A DNA stretch of 28,421 nucleotides from an uncultured Thermococci archaeon. GTDB taxonomy: Archaea; Methanobacteriota_B; Thermococci; Thermococcales; Thermococcaceae. Location: NCBI GenBank assembly GCA_964615185.1, contig CAZTOS010000012.1, forward strand, positions 1 to 28,421. The letters run 5' to 3'. The translations under genes and the position numbers were made by a program. The notes under the pieces are model-generated. The model had not been told where the DNA came from and made no database searches. It saw only the letters and a program-made list of their open reading frames with translations. Below, piece by piece: positions 11,110-18,683 of the stretch (its first letter is position 1; every line of letters starts with the position of its first letter).

Positions 11110-12596
11110 TAAGCCTCACCCCTAAGGAGGACTTTAACATCCCCAATACCAATCTCGCTGCCTTTGCCTTTGAGTGTAACTTTCCACGGAGGGATGCCAT
11201 ATTCTTTAGCCAGCAGATTGATTATCACCACCTTACAGAATGAGCCTTGACAGGTTCCACTTGTTGCTTTTGTTCTGAACTTAACTGAATCAACACTCGG
11301 CGTTTTAACCCCAATGAACTTCATCCTCTCAATTGCCTCCAAAACGTCTCCTTCGCTAACTTTGTTACAGCGGCAGACAATTCTGCCATAAGCTGGGTTC
11401 TTCTTTACGAGTTCATTGATTTGATTAAGCTGAAGCATGAAGAAGTGAGTGATTTCTTTGCGATATGGGTTCCACTTCTCCTTTTCCTTAAGCTTGATTC
11501 CCAAATCCCTCTCAATGATGTCCCTAACTTCGTATCCGATTGCTGGGGCTGAGGTTAAGCCAGGTGAGCGAATTCCGGCAACATTTATAAAGCCTTGAAC
11601 TTCTTTCTCAGCCTTAATTATAAAGTCCCCTCCAGTGGGCTCTGGTCTTAACCCAGCAAAAGTCCTGATGACCTTCCATCTCGGAGGCAAATTTGGCCAG
11701 ATTTCCCGAGCTTTTTGCCAGACCTCTTCAAGACCCTCCCTCGTTGTGCCTGTGTCGTTTTTGTAGTCCTTAGGCAAATCTTGAGCGTTTGGCCCAATCA
11801 TTAGATGACCAGAAATTTCAGTTGTGACAACAACACCTTTGCTTATTGGAGTTGGTGTTGGGAAGAGAACATGATTTGGACCCGGAATTCCTTCATCAAA
11901 AATCCAGTATTCGCCTTTTCTCGGGTGAATTTCGAAGTAATCAATTCCAGCCATCTTCGATATTTCATCAGCATAGAGACCAGCAGCATTTATTACAATA
12001 TCGGCCTCAATGAAGCCATTGCTCGTCTCAATACCTTTAACTTCCCCGTTCTCTACTTTTATACCTCTAACTTCTGTCTCTAAGTGAACCTTTACCCCAT
12101 TGGCAACAGCATTCTCAACAATTGCAATTACAGCTGGTATTGGCTCTATCTGGCCAACTATTGGAACATAAAGAGCGCCCAAGGCGTTTGGATTCACATT
12201 GGGCTCGAGATGAAAGAGTTCCTCTCTATCAATTATCCTCATCTCCGGAACGCCATTCCTCTTTCCTCTCTCTAACAACCGCTCAAGCTCATCAAAGTCC
12301 TCATCTTTAAGCGCTATAATTAACGCCCCATTCCACATGTGGGGAATCTCAAGCTCCTTAACCCATTGGTGCCATAAGCGATTTCCTTTTATGCACAGCT
12401 TTGCTCTCATTGGATATTTGTCCGGGTCATCATCGTAACCTCCATGGATTAAAGCTGTATTTGCCTTGCTGACTCCCCAACCGACATCAGCTTCCTTCTC
12501 AATGAGATGAACCTCAAGATTCTCATACTTGCTGAGAACTCTGGCAATGCTCGCACCAACAATCCCCGCACCGATAATAGCGACTTTAGTCTTCAT
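11109..12596 (-). CDS. glpA: FAD-dependent glycerol-3-phosphate dehydrogenase (GlpA-like) with C-terminal BFD-like 2Fe-2S domain
   Basis: IIGAGIVG, SKANTALIHGG, CRCNKVSEG...GTCQGSFC; adjacent to glpK. Confidence 0.82.
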   Translation of the reverse strand: MKTKVAIIGAGIVGASIARVLSKYENLEVHLIEKEADVGWGVSKANTALIHGGYDDDPDKYPMRAKLCIKGNRLWHQWVKELEIPHMWNGALIIALKDEDFDELERLLERGKRNGVPEMRIIDREELFHLEPNVNPNALGALYVPIVGQIEPIPAVIAIVENAVANGVKVHLETEVRGIKVENGEVKGIETSNGFIEADIVINAAGLYADEISKMAGIDYFEIHPRKGEYWIFDEGIPGPNHVLFPTPTPISKGVVVTTEISGHLMIGPNAQDLPKDYKNDTGTTREGLEEVWQKAREIWPNLPPRWKVIRTFAGLRPEPTGGDFIIKAEKEVQGFINVAGIRSPGLTSAPAIGYEVRDIIERDLGIKLKEKEKWNPYRKEITHFFMLQLNQINELVKKNPAYGRIVCRCNKVSEGDVLEAIERMKFIGVKTPSVDSVKFRTKATSGTCQGSFCKVVIINLLAKEYGIPPWKVTLKGKGSEIGIGDVKVLLRGEA

Positions 12597-12725
12597 GATT
12601 ACACCTCCAGCTCAACACAAATACTTGGCAAAGCTTTTAAATTTTTAAAATTTATCCAATCAAGCCGAGCTTAAGTATTTTCTTGGATCCGCTACCCTCA
12701 AAAAAGAGTTGAAAAGTTAGGAAAG

Positions 12726-14207
12726 TCAACTTTCCACAACTCTGGCCCATCCTAAAGCTCTCTTTACGGCCTCTTTCCAGCCCTTGTAGAGTTTTTCTCT
12801 CTCTTTCTCGTTCATCTTTGGCTCAAACACTTTTTCAACTTTCCAAAGTTCTCTGATTTCCTCCAAGCTTTCCCAGTAGCCCACTGCTAAACCAGCCAGA
12901 TACGCAGCTCCCAGAGCAGTTGTCTCTTGAACAACAGGTCTTATGACCGTTTTTCCTAAGATGTCAGCCTGGAACTGCATGAGGAAGTTGTTCTTGGTTG
13001 CTCCTCCATCAACCCTAAGCTCTTTGATTGGAACTTCCTTCTCCATCTCATCTATCACATCTTTCGTGAGATACGCTATCGCCTCAAGCGTAGCCCTCGC
13101 AAGGTGCTCCCTTGTAGTCCCTCTCGTAATTCCAATTATCAAACCCCTTGCAAACTGATCCCAGTAAGGAGCACCGAGACCAACAAAGGCTGGTACAAAG
13201 TAAACTCCATCATTTGATGCTAACTTTGATGCAAGTTCCTCAGTTTCAGCTGCACTATTGATGATTTTTAACCCATCCCTGAGCCACTGGACAGCTGCAC
13301 CGGTTATAAAAACGCTTCCCTCGAGGGCATAGCTGACTTTTCCATTCAACCCCCAAGCTATGGTCGTAAGAAGGTTTTGGGAATACTTTATTTTATCTCC
13401 CGTATTAACGAGTATGAAATTCCCAGTACCATAGGTTGCTTTCACCATACCTTCATCAAAGCATGCCTGACCGAAAAGAGCGGCCTGTTGATCTCCAGCA
13501 TCTCCGCTTACTGGAATCTCAACACCAAACAGCTCTTTTTTAGTATAACCATAAATCTCACTTGACTCCTTAACCTCAGGCAGAATTGCATCTGGAATTC
13601 CGAAGATTTCCAAAAGCTCCTCATCCCACTCTAACTTCTTGATGTTGAAGAGCATCGTTCTTGAAGCATTGGAATAGTCAGTAACATGCTCACCCGTGAG
13701 CTTGTAAATCAGGAAGGTGTCAATTGTTCCAAACATCACTTCCCCTTTCTGAGCTTTTTCTCTCAAACCTGGGACGTTGTCAAGAAGCCACTTGATCTTT
13801 GATGCCGAGAAATATGCATCCGGAACTAAACCGGTTTTTTCCTTTATCATCTCTCCATAATTTCGCTTAATGTCTTCAATCATCTCCGCAGTTCTTCTGC
13901 ACTGCCAGACAATAGCGTTGTAAACAGGCTTTCCATCTTTGTCCCAGATTATCGTTGTTTCCCTCTGATTTGTTATTCCAATTGCCGTTATCTGCTCTGG
14001 AGTAATTTTGGCGTTCTTTAAGGCGGTTTTTACTGCTTTAAACTGAGCGTTCCAGATTTCTTCAGGGTTATGCTCAACCCAACCAGGCTTTGGATAGTAC
14101 TGAGGAAATTCGTACTGTCCAACCCCTAAGATGTTACTCTCCTTGTCGAAGATCATCGCTCGAGCAGAAGTTGTTCCTTCATCAAGAGAAAGTATAAACT
14201 TGTCCAT
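12726..14207 (-). CDS. glpK: Glycerol kinase
   Basis: [28 protein letters not shown] and [15 protein letters not shown]-family motifs. Confidence 0.97.
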   Translation of the reverse strand: MDKFILSLDEGTTSARAMIFDKESNILGVGQYEFPQYYPKPGWVEHNPEEIWNAQFKAVKTALKNAKITPEQITAIGITNQRETTIIWDKDGKPVYNAIVWQCRRTAEMIEDIKRNYGEMIKEKTGLVPDAYFSASKIKWLLDNVPGLREKAQKGEVMFGTIDTFLIYKLTGEHVTDYSNASRTMLFNIKKLEWDEELLEIFGIPDAILPEVKESSEIYGYTKKELFGVEIPVSGDAGDQQAALFGQACFDEGMVKATYGTGNFILVNTGDKIKYSQNLLTTIAWGLNGKVSYALEGSVFITGAAVQWLRDGLKIINSAAETEELASKLASNDGVYFVPAFVGLGAPYWDQFARGLIIGITRGTTREHLARATLEAIAYLTKDVIDEMEKEVPIKELRVDGGATKNNFLMQFQADILGKTVIRPVVQETTALGAAYLAGLAVGYWESLEEIRELWKVEKVFEPKMNEKEREKLYKGWKEAVKRALGWARVVES

Positions 14208-14240
14208 TGATGTCCACCAAAATGAAAAATCACCAAGTTA

Positions 14241-14261
14241 GATATATTAACTCTTCGGTAG
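14241..14261 (-). promoter_or_regulatory. Promoter-like box copy 1 (BRE+TATA, CCGAAGAGTTAATAT on minus) upstream of glpK
   Basis: GATATATTAACTCTTCGGTAG is identical to 15566-15586 and lies about 35 nt upstream of the glpK ATG. Confidence 0.65.
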
Positions 14262-14580
14262 CAAACTTTGGGAAAGTTTGATCAAAATTCGTACGTCACC
14301 CAACAAAATTCAGCCGTTTGAGCGAACTCCTTAGCTCAATTGGCCATATTTGTATGTGTTCTACTTAGATAAGCGCCCTTTGGGCACAAAAGAATAGAGA
14401 ACACAAATCAAGACCAATCTGTGGGCTCAAGTTAGGTTCACAATACCCCTACATGAAAACAGAAGACGTACAAACTATCTCTACCAAATAAGCAATGCTT
14501 TTGTAGAGAAATTAGCTGTAATGGACTTCACTTCGTACTTCGCTTTTTTCTCATCTCTCAGGGGCTGATGCCCCTCATCC
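14262..14580. other. Non-coding hairpin-rich segment, possible MITE/IS remnant
   Basis: Stem-loops CAAACTTT-GGG-AAAGTTTG (14262-14280), GCCC-TTT-GGGC and AGGGGC-TGAT-GCCCCT (14560-14575). No ORF in the track. Flanked by two copies of the 15-bp box. Confidence 0.4.
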
Positions 14581-14581
14581 C

Positions 14582-14641
14582 ATATTAACCCTTCGGGAGA
14601 AGGAAAATACATAAATACCCGGAGGGAGAAGGGAAATGGTT
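14582..14641 (+). repeat. Leader repeat copy A1 (promoter box + RBS + ATGGTT)
   Basis: Matches 16389-16440 except for an 8-nt indel and one substitution. Confidence 0.85.
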
Positions 14642-14992
14642 GAAGTCAATGTAGGGGCGGTAGGAGGTATTTTTGGGTTAATAGGGTTAGTCATGGAGTA
14701 TGCACTTATCCGAAAATATGTTCATGAAAATGACTACAAGGATGTTAAAAAGACCTCTGAAGAATGGTACATAAGTGCCGCTCTCTTGATGCTTGCTTCT
14801 ACTATGTTAGGGATGGATTTTCTGATTACAGCCGATTTAAACTCAATTAAGGCAGGTAGCATTATGATGGTCTTTGGCATGATTGCACTTATCATGGGCT
14901 ACAGATATGGAAATAGGGCAAAAGAATTACGCTTTCAAGAAGCCATAGCCAAAGGCGTTGAAATTGGCATGAAAAAGGCAAAAGAAACTTAG
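14636..14992 (+). CDS. Small 3-TM membrane protein X1 with conserved C-terminal tail
   Basis: Three hydrophobic segments; ends in QEAIAKGVEIGMKKAKET; GGAGGGAG RBS. Confidence 0.8.
   Translation: MVEVNVGAVGGIFGLIGLVMEYALIRKYVHENDYKDVKKTSEEWYISAALLMLASTMLGMDFLITADLNSIKAGSIMMVFGMIALIMGYRYGNRAKELRFQEAIAKGVEIGMKKAKET
14936..14992 (+). repeat. 57-bp tail repeat T1
   Basis: 49/57 identical to 16750-16806; shares 28 contiguous nt with 15619-15675. Confidence 0.9.
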
Positions 14993-15370
14993 TTATTTCA
15001 CAAACTCAACGTTTTCCATTCCCCTAAATTCCCTGTCTCCCGTTAGGAACTTCATTCCCAAGCTCTTTGCCACAACATAACCAAGGCAATCTATCAAAGA
15101 AAGCTTTTTCCCTTTCTTCTTTTCTCTAATTCTCATCTCTGAAGCAAGAACATAATGATGAATAGAAGGAGAAACAACATTAACTGCGCTTTTCACAATT
15201 TCAAGTATTTCTTCTGCCTTTCTGCTCCCAAAATCCCTAACAAGAGCATAAGAAAGTTCTAATAAGTTAAACTCAGTGGTGTAAAGCTCTTCAGCAGAAT
15301 AGCTCTGATAATTTGGATTACCCTTTAAAATCTCAATTAACGCATAAGTATCAGCAAAGTACTTAGCCAT
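14993..15370 (-). CDS. vapC: VapC-family PIN-domain toxin
   Basis: FADTYAL, LSLIDC and LTGDREF acidic PIN residues. Confidence 0.88.
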   Translation of the reverse strand: MAKYFADTYALIEILKGNPNYQSYSAEELYTTEFNLLELSYALVRDFGSRKAEEILEIVKSAVNVVSPSIHHYVLASEMRIREKKKGKKLSLIDCLGYVVAKSLGMKFLTGDREFRGMENVEFVK

Positions 15371-15536
15371 GCACTTCCCTCAGCTCATCCTTTATCTCCT
15401 GCGCATCAGCTTTCCAATCTTTCAGCATGCCAAAAATTTCAATCCTAATTTTAACCCTTGCCTTTTCGGGGATATTTACCTTTTTCAATGGCTTAAAAAC
15501 ACCATTCTCGTAAACAGCCTCAACAATAATGCCCAT
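15363..15536 (-). CDS. DUF104/AF2212-like antitoxin (57 aa)
   Basis: IVEAVYENGVFKPL signature; GGTGAG RBS before the ATG at 15536; overlaps the vapC start. Confidence 0.85.
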   Translation of the reverse strand: MGIIVEAVYENGVFKPLKKVNIPEKARVKIRIEIFGMLKDWKADAQEIKDELREVHG

Positions 15537-15565
15537 TATTCTCACCAATTTAAGTTCCCAGATGG

Positions 15566-15599
15566 GATATATTAACTCTTCGGTAGACTTGCCGAAGAG
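15566..15599 (-). promoter_or_regulatory. Promoter-like box copy 3 with hairpin CTCTTCGG-N8-CCGAAGAG
   Basis: 21-bp identity with 14241-14261; inverted repeat between 15576-15583 and 15592-15599. Confidence 0.65.
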
Positions 15600-15618
15600 G
15601 TTGACAAAAGCGAATACA

Positions 15619-15675
15619 TAAAAGGCAATTACTAAAGGCACTGAAATTGGCATGAAAAAGGCAAAAGAAGCTTAA
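15619..15675 (+). pseudogene. Orphan degenerate tail repeat T2
   Basis: Translates as *KAITKGTEIGMKKAKEA*, with no upstream ORF. Confidence 0.8.
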
Positions 15676-15965
15676 ATTTTTATTCCCTCTCTTTTAACAG
15701 TCTGTATGAATGAGTCATCCCTTCTTTTAAATTCCTCAGGACTAATTACTATTGGACTTATAAGCTCACCATATTTGAGGAGCACTTTTGTTGAGACATC
15801 TATAACTTCATCAAATGAAACATCACCGACTATCATAACATCTATATCGCTCTCTTCGTCATAATCCCCTCTTGCATAAGAACCAAAAACAATGATTTCC
15901 TCAATTTTATCTCCAAACTTATCCTTCAGCTCCTTCAAAAAAGCCTCAAGGGCTTTTTTCTTCAT
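15672..15965 (-). CDS. Minimal nucleotidyltransferase (MNT) of a HEPN-MNT pair
   Basis: VFGSYARGDYDEESDIDV motif; overlaps the HEPN gene. Confidence 0.9.
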   Translation of the reverse strand: MKKKALEAFLKELKDKFGDKIEEIIVFGSYARGDYDEESDIDVMIVGDVSFDEVIDVSTKVLLKYGELISPIVISPEEFKRRDDSFIQTVKREGIKI

Positions 15966-16353
15966 CAACAATCATCTCCAGTGCACTCTTAATTCTCTCT
16001 AAAAATGCCTCAGCACTCTCAACGATTTCTCTGGCTTCTTCACTTGCTGGGGAATAGTATATGTCATAGTCAGCCCTCGATCTCAAAGCAAATGCACGGC
16101 TAAGAGCCTTGACGTATATCTCCTCAATGAACCCTTCTGTCACAAAATGCAATCCAAACATCTTGACGACTCCAGAATGCTTTTTGGGATTGATGCCTTT
16201 TGTCAAAAGAAGGGCTTTCGCTGCATGGAACATGGAATAGTATGCTCTGCTTATTGCATCTCTGTAATATCCAAGCTCAAACAGCGCATTGGCTGATGCA
16301 AGCTCTTCCTCAGCAAACTTGAGATGAAGCTTAATCTCCTCGCTAATACCCAT
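15946..16353 (-). CDS. HEPN-domain protein
   Basis: AISRAYYSMFHAAKALL, PKKHSGV and LRSRADY motifs. Confidence 0.9.
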   Translation of the reverse strand: MGISEEIKLHLKFAEEELASANALFELGYYRDAISRAYYSMFHAAKALLLTKGINPKKHSGVVKMFGLHFVTEGFIEEIYVKALSRAFALRSRADYDIYYSPASEEAREIVESAEAFLERIKSALEMIVDEEKSP

Positions 16354-16388
16354 TGCAAGCCCCTAATTATGGATGTTGCAGAGCTTAT

Positions 16389-16440
16389 ATATTAACCCTT
16401 CGGGAGAAGGGAAATACCCGGAGGGAGAAGGGAAATGGTT
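16389..16440 (+). repeat. Leader repeat copy A2
   Basis: Matches 14582-14641. Contains the hairpin CCCTTC-GGGA-GAAGGG and two copies of GGGAGAAGGGAAAT. Confidence 0.85.
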
Positions 16441-16806
16441 ACTGATTATATCTCTGTAGGGGTTGGATACTTCCTAGGCATTGGTTATGCCTTCATTGTG
16501 TTTTTGGGCATCTGGGATGTCCAGAGGAAAAAAGGTAGCATCCTAGGAGAGTCTCTTGAAGATTCAGAAAGAATATACAAAAGCTCCATATTCATTTGGA
16601 CGTTAGGGTTTTTATTTAACCCTATGGCGTATTACTTCTCTGGAAATTTATATTTGGCTATGATTGATGGTTTATCAGCATTTGCCGCTTTAATTATTGG
16701 GATTCTTGCTTATCGCAGGTATAGATTCTTTAAGACTCAACAACTCCTCCAAGAAGCCATCGCCAAAGGTGTTGAAATCGGCATGAAGAAAGCAAAGGAA
16801 ACCTAA
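16435..16806 (+). CDS. Small 3-TM membrane protein X2 with conserved C-terminal tail
   Basis: Three hydrophobic segments; the last 18 aa are identical to those of X1. Confidence 0.8.
   Translation: MVTDYISVGVGYFLGIGYAFIVFLGIWDVQRKKGSILGESLEDSERIYKSSIFIWTLGFLFNPMAYYFSGNLYLAMIDGLSAFAALIIGILAYRRYRFFKTQQLLQEAIAKGVEIGMKKAKET
16750..16806 (+). repeat. 57-bp tail repeat T3
   Basis: 8 differences from T1, all at synonymous positions. Confidence 0.9.
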
Positions 16807-16935
16807 TCCTCTCCAACTTCTTCCAAGATTCTTTTATAAAGCCTCTCGCTCAGTCAAAACTGGTTTTCCTAAGCTTTTCAAGCTTCTCCTTTAAGCTATT
16901 GAACTTTTCTTGAAATTTTGCTCTTAACAAACCTA
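16803..16935 (-). pseudogene. 3' remnant of a DUF3368-like PIN toxin gene
   Basis: GLLRAKFQEKFNSLKEKLEKLRKTSF continues after a 1-nt shift as LSERLYKRILEEVGED*, resembling the DUF3368 C-terminus. Confidence 0.55.
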
Positions 16936-16939
16936 TGTT

Positions 16940-16994
16940 TGTAGTCATGACTACAGAAAGGCTTTTATATGGCTTTGATGTAGTCATGACTACA
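16940..16994 (+). promoter_or_regulatory. Two identical perfect palindromes TGTAGTCATGACTACA flanking a BRE-TATA (GAAAGGCTTTTATAT)
   Basis: Copies at 16940-16955 and 16979-16994, followed by an AGGAGG RBS and the ATG at 17008. Confidence 0.8.
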
Positions 16995-17007
16995 AGGAGG
17001 CGATAAC

Positions 17008-17238
17008 ATGCCAATAAATTTGGATGATTTAAAGCAAAAATACATTGAAGACTTAAACTTGGAGCCAAAGAATCATGGAGAGAGATTCTTCATTTTAAGA
17101 CGTTATTATCCTGATGTGTATAGGATAGTGGATAGATTTTTCAGCTTTTATAGGGATGCCTATGAGCGGAGGATTACAAAGAGGGAAGCGGGGGAGTTAA
17201 GAAATGCAGTTTTCAGGCTTACCGATAGAATTGAATAA
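17008..17238 (+). CDS. Short HEPN-like protein (76 aa), possibly N-terminally truncated
   Basis: PKNHGERF...YRDAY resembles the second half of HEPN domains; overlaps the downstream nucleotidyltransferase. Confidence 0.55.
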   Translation: MPINLDDLKQKYIEDLNLEPKNHGERFFILRRYYPDVYRIVDRFFSFYRDAYERRITKREAGELRNAVFRLTDRIE

Positions 17239-17845
17239 GATCATCAGGGTAGCTAAGGCTTTCAAAAGGGAGCATAGGCAAGTTTTTGATATAGTTCTTT
17301 ATGGATCCACAGTACTTGGAAAGAAAAATCCTAATGATTTTGACTTTATGCTTATCCTTAGGAGAGGCAAAGAAAGTGATCGCTTTGAATTGGCTTTTGA
17401 GTTTAAACAAAGGCTCTTAGACTTGGGGTTTCCCCATGAGAAATTGGATGTCAAAGCTATTAACTTAGAAAACCTTTGGGATCCAAATTATTTAGCTACT
17501 CCCGGAATTGTCATAAGTGGTTTTTCCCTCACCAAAGAAAAGCCCATCCACGAGCTTATGAACGGAGAGAGCTATAGCCTTTTCAATATAAGCGTTGAGG
17601 AGTTAAATCGAAATGAGAGGAATAAATTCAATTTTGCCCTTAAGGGAAGAGATGGAAAAGGTGGAATTCTCAAAGAGCTTAATGGCATGTTCTTAGCTCC
17701 TTGGGTGGTTTTAATCCCTGTAGAGAATACCTACAAGTTCAAAGAGTTCCTGGACTATTGGGGAGTGAAGTACAAAGTTTACCTAATGTATGGCATGGAA
17801 ACGATAATAAAAGCTATTGAGAGGAATACGCTCACACATTTTTAG
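17204..17845 (+). CDS. Pol-beta-type nucleotidyltransferase with an extra C-terminal domain
   Basis: VLYGSTVLGKKNPNDFDF (GS..DxD) motif; 213 aa. Confidence 0.8.
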   Translation: MQFSGLPIELNKIIRVAKAFKREHRQVFDIVLYGSTVLGKKNPNDFDFMLILRRGKESDRFELAFEFKQRLLDLGFPHEKLDVKAINLENLWDPNYLATPGIVISGFSLTKEKPIHELMNGESYSLFNISVEELNRNERNKFNFALKGRDGKGGILKELNGMFLAPWVVLIPVENTYKFKEFLDYWGVKYKVYLMYGMETIIKAIERNTLTHF

Positions 17846-17879
17846 GTAAAGAATTCAACAATAGAATGGAAAGAAGAAA

Positions 17880-18641
17880 TTACCTCAAACCCAAACTCCT
17901 CAAATAGTCAATCATTCTCACAACATCGTTGACAATGACAACATCAAAAAGACCCACTAAGCGCTTTAAGTTGTCATTTATGTAGAACAGTTCATCATTT
18001 TCAGCCCAGAGAACAATCTTCAATCCCAGACTCTTAGCCCATGCCAACGCTTGTTTGAACTTTTCAAACCCAATGATTGGGATTCCTTCCATAGGAGCGT
18101 TCACAGACCAGAGGTTAAGTTCCTCCTTTAGTTTGGGAATCTGTGGAACTATCTGCTCATTATCAATCAAAAGACCAAGCCTAACATCTTTACTGTATTC
18201 TCTAACTTTTCTGAGGGCATCGATGTTGAATGAAGAAATTAACACCCTATCGCAGGCATCAAAATCTCTAACAACTTTAATGCTCTCCTCTGCAACATCA
18301 ACATCTTTAATCTCAATATTAACGAGAGCATCCTTTGGGATAGCTTGAAAAACTTCCTCAAGGGTTGGAACCCTCTGCCCCATTCCCAGGTCAGCTGATT
18401 TTATATCTTCAAGAGTAACATCCTTAGTCTTTTTCTTTATCTTTGCAGTTCTTTCTAAAGTTTCATCGTGCATTATTATGGCTTTTCCATCTTTGGTCAG
18501 CCAGACATCAAGCTCAATACCATCTGCACCTGCACTAATTGCCCCAACAAACGCCAAAATGCTGTTTTCAGGATATTTTGACATAAAACCTCTATGTCCT
18601 AAGACTAAAACTCTGTTTTCTTCCCAGCTTGGCATATCCAT
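17880..18641 (-). CDS. Glycerophosphodiester phosphodiesterase (GDPD)
   Basis: GHRG, PENS, IELDV, MHD and NIEIK motifs. Confidence 0.92.
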   Translation of the reverse strand: MDMPSWEENRVLVLGHRGFMSKYPENSILAFVGAISAGADGIELDVWLTKDGKAIIMHDETLERTAKIKKKTKDVTLEDIKSADLGMGQRVPTLEEVFQAIPKDALVNIEIKDVDVAEESIKVVRDFDACDRVLISSFNIDALRKVREYSKDVRLGLLIDNEQIVPQIPKLKEELNLWSVNAPMEGIPIIGFEKFKQALAWAKSLGLKIVLWAENDELFYINDNLKRLVGLFDVVIVNDVVRMIDYLRSLGLR

Positions 18642-18683
18642 CGCCTCAAAAGAGACACCCTCCGCAGTTTAAAAACATTTTGC

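Noticed and set aside
15537..15653. N-terminal extension of the 96-aa ORF 15363-15653
   Set aside because: It is the antisense of tail T2 plus the promoter. The RBS and family signature place the start at 15536.
14241..16994. CRISPR array or classical integron (attC) reading of the repeats
   Set aside because: Spacing is irregular and gene-sized, no cas or integrase gene is in the window, and the tail repeat is conserved as peptide.
16850..17068. 72-aa minus-strand ORF with repeated VVMTT
   Set aside because: The repeat is just the translation of the two DNA palindromes. Only the 3' part looks coding, and it is reported as a remnant.
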